DNA of 64,000 nucleotides from Candidatus Uhrbacteria bacterium (GTDB lineage: Bacteria > Patescibacteriota > Patescibacteriia > UBA9934): the NCBI GenBank assembly GCA_963822405.1, contig CAWGHH010000002.1, positions 198,002-262,001 of the forward strand, in the 5' to 3' direction. The notes under the pieces are model-generated. The model made no database searches. It was not told where the DNA came from and saw only the letters and a list, made by a program, of their open reading frames with translations. A program made the translations under genes and the position numbers. Of this stretch, positions 56,910-64,000 are shown in pieces (the first letter of the stretch is position 1; each line of letters starts with the position of its first letter).

Positions 56910-57776
56910 ATGAAATTTGTAGATACTCATTGTCACGTTCACTTTCAAGCCTTTAAGGATGACATGGACGAAGTTGTTGGCCGAGCGCTTGATAAGGGCG
57001 TTGGAATGATTACAGTCGGCACGCAGTCGACGACTAGCAAGAACGGAATTGCCTTGGCTGAGCGTTATGACAATGTTTGGTGTTCGGTAGGTTTGCATCC
57101 AAACCATTTGCACGCACAAGAATTTGCGGACGACAGTGAATTGTCGCCGAATGATCCCCAACACACGCACGGAGTGAAAATTAAGACGCGTGCTGAGCAT
57201 TTCGACGCGGAATATTACCGTGAGTTGGTGAAACATCCAAAGGTTGTGGCGATTGGAGAATTTGGTTTGGATTATTTTAGAGTACCGCCGAATGTGGATT
57301 TAGAACAATTAAAAGCCGATCAGTCTTTTGCTGTACGAGAACAACTGCGTTTTACGACGCAATCTCAGAAGCCCGTAATCATTCATTGCCGAGACGCTCA
57401 CGCGGACCAAATCCAATTACTACGTGAGGAAATCGCTAAAGACGGATTGACTCGACGCGGAGTAATTCATTGTTTTACAGGAACCGCTGAGGAGGCGGCG
57501 GCTTATCGGGAAATTGGTTTTTATCTTGGTTTTACCGGTATCGCCACTTTTGGAAAAAACGTGATGGAGGTGGTCCGAGAGATACCGCTCGATCAAATTC
57601 TGATAGAGACTGATTCGCCGTACTTATCGCCGGCTCCTTTGCGTGGCAAAAGAAACGAACCGGCCAATGTCATATATATCGCCGAAACCATCGCAAAGCT
57701 CAAAGGAATCTCAGTTGATGAAGTCGCTCGAGTCACGACTGAAAATGCTGGAAAACTATTTGGGATAAATGTTTGA
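56910..57776 (+). CDS. tatD: TatD family hydrolase (metal-dependent DNase)
   Basis: MKFVDTHCHVHF, an internal HCR, and DSPY are present. Confidence 0.85.
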   Translation: MKFVDTHCHVHFQAFKDDMDEVVGRALDKGVGMITVGTQSTTSKNGIALAERYDNVWCSVGLHPNHLHAQEFADDSELSPNDPQHTHGVKIKTRAEHFDAEYYRELVKHPKVVAIGEFGLDYFRVPPNVDLEQLKADQSFAVREQLRFTTQSQKPVIIHCRDAHADQIQLLREEIAKDGLTRRGVIHCFTGTAEEAAAYREIGFYLGFTGIATFGKNVMEVVREIPLDQILIETDSPYLSPAPLRGKRNEPANVIYIAETIAKLKGISVDEVARVTTENAGKLFGINV

Positions 57777-57832
57777 CGTTCGCGAAAAAGTCGTGTACTC
57801 TTTGCCACCGTGCCCATTAAGGGATCGGAGGT

Positions 57833-58234
57833 TTGATGACTTGCGAAAGAACACGCGAGGACTTCGCGGCCTTGGGTGATCAATCTGAGGGGGTGACAAT
57901 GGCTAAAGCATCCCACGGACACTCAAAAATTTCGTGGTTTTCTGATGCTGGCACCGGTGGTCGGCCAGAAAACATTGAAGAAATTCTGATGGCCCTACTG
58001 ACGTGCAACAACTCGAACGAGTGGTTTGCTGACAAAGAGGAACTGTGTGAGTTCCTTGTCGGCCTTGGTGAGGGCATGCAATCGGATACGGCCATTTGTG
58101 GGATTGTTGATTACCTTCTGAGCGCCGGCTTCGTGCGTATGGGTGAGACCCGCGATGGCGTGCCAGGCGTCCCAATCTGTGCCGACCGGCGAATACGACA
58201 GTTTTTGGAACGAATACGACGCACCTCTCGGTAG
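57833..58234 (+). CDS. Hypothetical protein
   Basis: The best of several overlapping ORFs in a moderately GC-rich stretch. Confidence 0.25.
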   Translation: MMTCERTREDFAALGDQSEGVTMAKASHGHSKISWFSDAGTGGRPENIEEILMALLTCNNSNEWFADKEELCEFLVGLGEGMQSDTAICGIVDYLLSAGFVRMGETRDGVPGVPICADRRIRQFLERIRRTSR

Positions 58235-58333
58235 CGACTCCTCGGGCCGGTTTTCCAACAGGGAAGCCGGCTCTTATCATTTCCACAGTGTTCTTGACCT
58301 ATTTTCTGACCAACCGTATACTACCGGCGTTTT

Positions 58334-58594
58334 ATGGCGGGCGATGATGTGCGGAAATATTACGTGTTCGCGATGCGAGCCTTTGCAGACGTGCTTGGAA
58401 CCATTCTGGTTCCGGCAGTTGCTGCGGTCGTGATCAAGAATGTGTTTCACCTTCCGTACAGCATCTTTCTCGTCCTAATAATCCTCGCCTTCGTCTTGAC
58501 GGCGTTTGTTCTCACGAAAAAGATTAATCAGTATGGCCGATCGTTCCAACAACTCAACAAGTCTGAAGATGAGCTTCGCGGCCGTCGCAGCTGA
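58334..58594 (+). CDS. AtpZ/AtpI-like small membrane protein
   Basis: An 86-aa protein with two transmembrane segments lies immediately before atpB. Confidence 0.45.
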   Translation: MAGDDVRKYYVFAMRAFADVLGTILVPAVAAVVIKNVFHLPYSIFLVLIILAFVLTAFVLTKKINQYGRSFQQLNKSEDELRGRRS

Positions 58595-59366
58595 ACCTCT
58601 CTTTCACTTTGGAAATTTCCCCGTAACTAATTCCTTGCTGAACGCTTGGATTTCAGTTGCGGTTTTTTGTCTCATTGCTTTTGTCGCTTCTCGACGCAAG
58701 ACTCTCGTGCCACACGGCGTCCATAATTTCATCGAAGCAGTTATTGAGGGCTTGCTCGGCGAAGTACAGAAGGTTACCGGTGACCGGAAGCGCGCGCTCA
58801 TGTTCTTCCCGGTTTGCGCTACTTTGTTCTTGTATATTCTTGTAAACAATTGGATGGGTTTGTTGCCTGGCACGGGCACGATAGGTTGGAGTGGTGGGGA
58901 AGAGTTCTTGCCGTTGTTCAGACCGGCGGCTGCCGACTTAAACTTTACGTTGGCGATTGCTGTCTTCTCGGTTGTACTCGTTCAGTTCGCAGGTATTAGA
59001 GCTACTGGACTCATGAACTACGGCAGTAAGTTTGTGAACATCCGCGGAATCTTTCAGGCGATTCCTAAGGGACCGACAGCAATCGTTGTTGCGTTTATCG
59101 AGTTCGGAGTTGGGTTGATCGAAATTGTGAGCGAGCTCGCCAAGATCATCTCTCTTTCGCTCCGATTATTCGGAAATGTTTTCGCCGGCGAAATTTTGAT
59201 CGGCGTGATGATGAGCTTGTTCTCATTTGTCCTTCCGGTACCGTTCATGTTCTTGGAAATTCTCGTCGGCGCCATTCAGGCAACGGTCTTCTCTATCCTT
59301 GTCCTTGCGTTCTTAACCGTCGCGACCGATGCGCATGGAGGACATGAAGAAGAGGCGCACCACTAG
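58569..59366 (+). CDS. atpB: F0F1 ATP synthase subunit a
   Basis: LSLRLFGNVFAGEIL (the essential Arg region) is present. The start is the ATG at 58569; 58533 is an alternative. Confidence 0.85.
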   Translation: MSFAAVAAEPLFHFGNFPVTNSLLNAWISVAVFCLIAFVASRRKTLVPHGVHNFIEAVIEGLLGEVQKVTGDRKRALMFFPVCATLFLYILVNNWMGLLPGTGTIGWSGGEEFLPLFRPAAADLNFTLAIAVFSVVLVQFAGIRATGLMNYGSKFVNIRGIFQAIPKGPTAIVVAFIEFGVGLIEIVSELAKIISLSLRLFGNVFAGEILIGVMMSLFSFVLPVPFMFLEILVGAIQATVFSILVLAFLTVATDAHGGHEEEAHH

Positions 59367-59430
59367 GTTGCAGGTTGCGGGTTGCAGGTTAGTGAAAACT
59401 AATCTATAACGCGGAACGTATAACCATTAA

Positions 59431-59661
<231 letters not shown>

Positions 59662-59665
59662 TCCA

Positions 59666-59768
59666 CTCCGGTTTCCGGTGTCCGGTTTCCGGTTAAGGAA
59701 GGGGAGTTACTGAATTTAAATTCTTTGTTCAGGCTCATTCACCGGAAACCGGACACCGGAAACCGGAT
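59666..59768. repeat. About 100-bp palindromic repeat, copy B, inside the ATP synthase operon between atpE and atpF
   Basis: The sequence ctccggtttccggtgtccggtttccggttaaggaaggggagttactgaatttaaattctttgttcaggctcattcaccggaaaccggacaccggaaaccgg shares its core with the copy at 56805. Confidence 0.7.
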
Positions 59769-59777
59769 CTTCTAACT

Positions 59778-60311
59778 ATGGCAGAATCTACTTCTTCCGA
59801 ATCTCCCTCCGGCATTGCTGGCGTTGCTCATACCTTCGGGTTAGAGCCAGCATTATTTGCTGGTCAGCTTATTAACTTCCTCATCGTCCTTGGGGTGATG
59901 TGGCTGTTTGCGTACAAGCCGATTCTTAAAATGTTGAATGATCGCGAAGAGCGAATTACCAAAAGCGTAAAAGACGCTGAGGAAATTGAAAAACGCGTCA
60001 TGGCAAATGAGAAAGAGCGGAATGAGTTACTCGCCCAAGCACAGAAGGACGCTCAGGCGTTGCATGCTCAAGCGATGATCGATTCTGAGGCTCGCAAAGT
60101 TGAAATGGTTGAGGCCGCAAAACGGGAAGTAGAACGCGTCATCCAAAAGGGTAAAGAGCAGCTAAAAGATGAACATACCGCAATGATGATCGAAGCCCGA
60201 AAAGATTTGGTCGAGATTGCCGTCAAGGCTGCGGCGAAGATTATCTCAACAGAAATGGACGAGAAGAAATCAAAGTCACTTGCTGAAGAGGTAGTCCGCA
60301 AGCTCACTTAG
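59778..60311 (+). CDS. atpF: F0F1 ATP synthase subunit b
   Basis: An N-terminal transmembrane segment is followed by a long charged helix. Confidence 0.8.
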   Translation: MAESTSSESPSGIAGVAHTFGLEPALFAGQLINFLIVLGVMWLFAYKPILKMLNDREERITKSVKDAEEIEKRVMANEKERNELLAQAQKDAQALHAQAMIDSEARKVEMVEAAKREVERVIQKGKEQLKDEHTAMMIEARKDLVEIAVKAAAKIISTEMDEKKSKSLAEEVVRKLT

Positions 60312-60312
60312 T

Positions 60313-60696
60313 ATGAAAAAGAGCTTGAAAGGATTGGCCAAAAGTATTGTTGAGGAACTAGCCGAATTGAAGCCCGCCGAAGTCACGAAGGAGATGATAA
60401 AAGTCGTATCCTTCATGAAAGACAACGGATTGCTTGGCCGGTGGCGTGAACTCGAAAAAGAAATCAATGCAGCTTGGAAGAATAAGTTTGGAGCTAGCAA
60501 GGTCACCGTTCTCTCGGCGCACGAGCTTTCGAAGGAAGCACGCAAACAGCTTGAAGAATCCGTGAAGGGCGCCGAATTGATTGAACGAGTTGACGAACGA
60601 CTCATGGGCGGGGCCGTGATCAGAATTGACGATAGACGACTGGACGGCTCGATCATCGGGGCGCTCCAAAGGCTGAAGAACACATTGCTCGCATAG
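60313..60696 (+). CDS. atpH: F0F1 ATP synthase subunit delta (short)
   Basis: The gene sits between atpF and atpA and has an OSCP-like C-terminus [23 protein letters not shown]. Confidence 0.7.
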   Translation: MKKSLKGLAKSIVEELAELKPAEVTKEMIKVVSFMKDNGLLGRWRELEKEINAAWKNKFGASKVTVLSAHELSKEARKQLEESVKGAELIERVDERLMGGAVIRIDDRRLDGSIIGALQRLKNTLLA

Positions 60697-60697
60697 T

Positions 60698-62203
60698 ATG
60701 GCTAAAAAAATGGACATCATTGAATCATTGCGCGCTCAAGTCGCCGCCTTTAAATCCGGCGTTGAAGAAGAACGCGTTGGAACTATCTTGTCATTCTCTG
60801 ACGGCGTGGCTCGCATGAGCGGACTGTCGAACGTCATGAGCCAAGAAATGCTTGACTTCGGCGGAGGAACTTTTGGTATCGCACTTAACCTTGAGGAAGA
60901 AACAACGGGTGCAATTTTACTTACTTCAAGCCCGAACACAAAAGCTGGTGACTCAGTTAAAGCTACTGGCCGCATTCTTTCTATTCCGGTTGGTGATGGA
61001 ATTATTGGTCGAGTTGTTGATGCACTCGGCAACCCAGTTGACGGCAAAGGCCCAGTAGCTGACACAACTTTCGTGCCAGTTGAAAAGATCGCTCCAGGCG
61101 TTATGGCACGTGAGGGAGTTGGTGTGCCTATGCAAACCGGTATCAAGGCAATTGACGCTTTGATTCCAATTGGTCGTGGTCAGCGCGAGCTCATTATCGG
61201 CGACCGCCAAACTGGAAAGACCGCCATTGCAATCGACACTATCTTGAACCAGAAAGGCGGGAACGTGAAATGCGTTTACGTCGCTATCGGTCAAAAAGAA
61301 TCGAAGGTTGCGCAGATCCGCGCCAGATTCGAAAAGGCCGGCGCTATGGATTACACGACTATCGTCCTAGCCGGTGCGAGCGACCCTGCTGCCATGCTTT
61401 ACATCGCGCCATATTCCGGCTGTGCTATTGCCGAATACTTCATGGCCAAGGGCGAAGATGTACTTATTGTTTACGATGATCTTTCGAAGCACGCTTGGGC
61501 TTATCGTGAAATCTCTCTCTTGCTTCGTCGCCCACCAGGACGCGAGGCCTATCCTGGAGACGTTTTCTACTTGCACTCTCGTCTACTCGAACGCTCTGCG
61601 CGTGTGAACGCCGCGAACGGCGGGGGATCAATCACCGCTCTTCCTATCATTGAAACCCAAGGAGGCGATGTGGCAGCTTACATTCCAACGAACGTGATTT
61701 CAATCACCGACGGTCAGATCTACCTCGAGTCCGATTTGTTCTACAAGGGTCAGCGCCCAGCTCTTAACATCGGTCTTTCAGTTTCTCGTGTAGGTTCCGC
61801 TGCGCAGACCAAAGCAATTAAGAGTGTGTCGAAAACTTTGAAAGTCGACCTCGCTCAGTTCCGCGAGCTTGAAGCCTTTGCACAGTTCGCCACAGACCTC
61901 GACGACGCAACAAAGAAACAAATTGAACGTGGTCGTCGCTCCATGGAAATCATGAAGCAGAAGCAGTATTCGCCGATGGGCTTTGCTGAACAGGCTGTAG
62001 TTATTTTCGCACTCAACAACGGCTACATCGACACCATCCCGCTAGCTGACGTTTCACGCTTCGAATCCGAACTCCTCGATCTTATGCATGGTGTAGGCGC
62101 AAACCTCATTAAGGACATAACCGAAAAGAAGGATCTTATTCCGGAAACAAAAGCTGAAGTTGAAAAGATGATTAAGAAGTTGGTTGAAGGATTTAAGAGC
62201 TAG
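60698..62203 (+). CDS. atpA: F0F1 ATP synthase subunit alpha
   Basis: GDRQTGKT is present. Length is 501 aa. Confidence 0.95.
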   Translation: MAKKMDIIESLRAQVAAFKSGVEEERVGTILSFSDGVARMSGLSNVMSQEMLDFGGGTFGIALNLEEETTGAILLTSSPNTKAGDSVKATGRILSIPVGDGIIGRVVDALGNPVDGKGPVADTTFVPVEKIAPGVMAREGVGVPMQTGIKAIDALIPIGRGQRELIIGDRQTGKTAIAIDTILNQKGGNVKCVYVAIGQKESKVAQIRARFEKAGAMDYTTIVLAGASDPAAMLYIAPYSGCAIAEYFMAKGEDVLIVYDDLSKHAWAYREISLLLRRPPGREAYPGDVFYLHSRLLERSARVNAANGGGSITALPIIETQGGDVAAYIPTNVISITDGQIYLESDLFYKGQRPALNIGLSVSRVGSAAQTKAIKSVSKTLKVDLAQFRELEAFAQFATDLDDATKKQIERGRRSMEIMKQKQYSPMGFAEQAVVIFALNNGYIDTIPLADVSRFESELLDLMHGVGANLIKDITEKKDLIPETKAEVEKMIKKLVEGFKS

Positions 62204-62205
62204 TT

Positions 62206-64000
<1,795 letters not shown>

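Overview
This 64 kb window is densely packed with genes on both strands, mostly the + strand. It reads like the chromosome of a small-genome bacterium; an uncultivated, possibly Patescibacteria-like, origin is inference only. I found no rRNA, tRNA or CRISPR.

Recognisable housekeeping genes:
- enolase
- engB
- rsmI
- metG
- tatD
- pepA
- a 2-Cys peroxiredoxin
- an ABC-F ATPase
- a MFS transporter
- MgtA-like and P1B-type P-type ATPases
- a Pif1-like helicase
- a U32 peptidase with an adjacent ferredoxin
- an F-type ATP synthase operon (atpZ-like, then atpB, E, F, H, A, G, D), with atpD truncated at the window end

The main finding is at 5227-12102. An ECF sigma factor is translationally coupled (its stop overlaps the next start) to a 1857-aa protein. 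That protein has an anti-sigma-like cytoplasmic N-terminus, one transmembrane helix and a very large extracytoplasmic alpha-2-macroglobulin (MG-domain) body with no CxEQ thioester. A Hint / bacterial-intein-like domain (Cys1 ... His-Asn, followed by Asp) is inserted just before the MG6-like motif PDNITSWR. A Memo-like gene follows 2 nt downstream.

Other notable items:
- An operon of unknowns at 1049-5010 holds a P-loop kinase / Pol-beta nucleotidyltransferase fusion and a Nudix hydrolase. The Nudix ORF continues in-frame into a conspicuously GC-rich tandem DUF2829-like, phage-type domain.
- Two further GC-rich islands: a YD-repeat lipoprotein at 33860-35002 and a tandem-repeat protein at 49724-50380.
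- A RhuM-Doc (Fic/Doc) gene broken by two frameshifts, flanked by GC-rich REP-like hairpins present in three copies.
- Two families of long palindromic intergenic repeats, each in two copies. One copy sits inside the ATP synthase operon between atpE and atpF.
- A structured 3'UTR element directly after enolase.
- An apparent 1-nt frameshift in atpG at a G-run.
- An unannotated 49-aa lmo0937-family gene.
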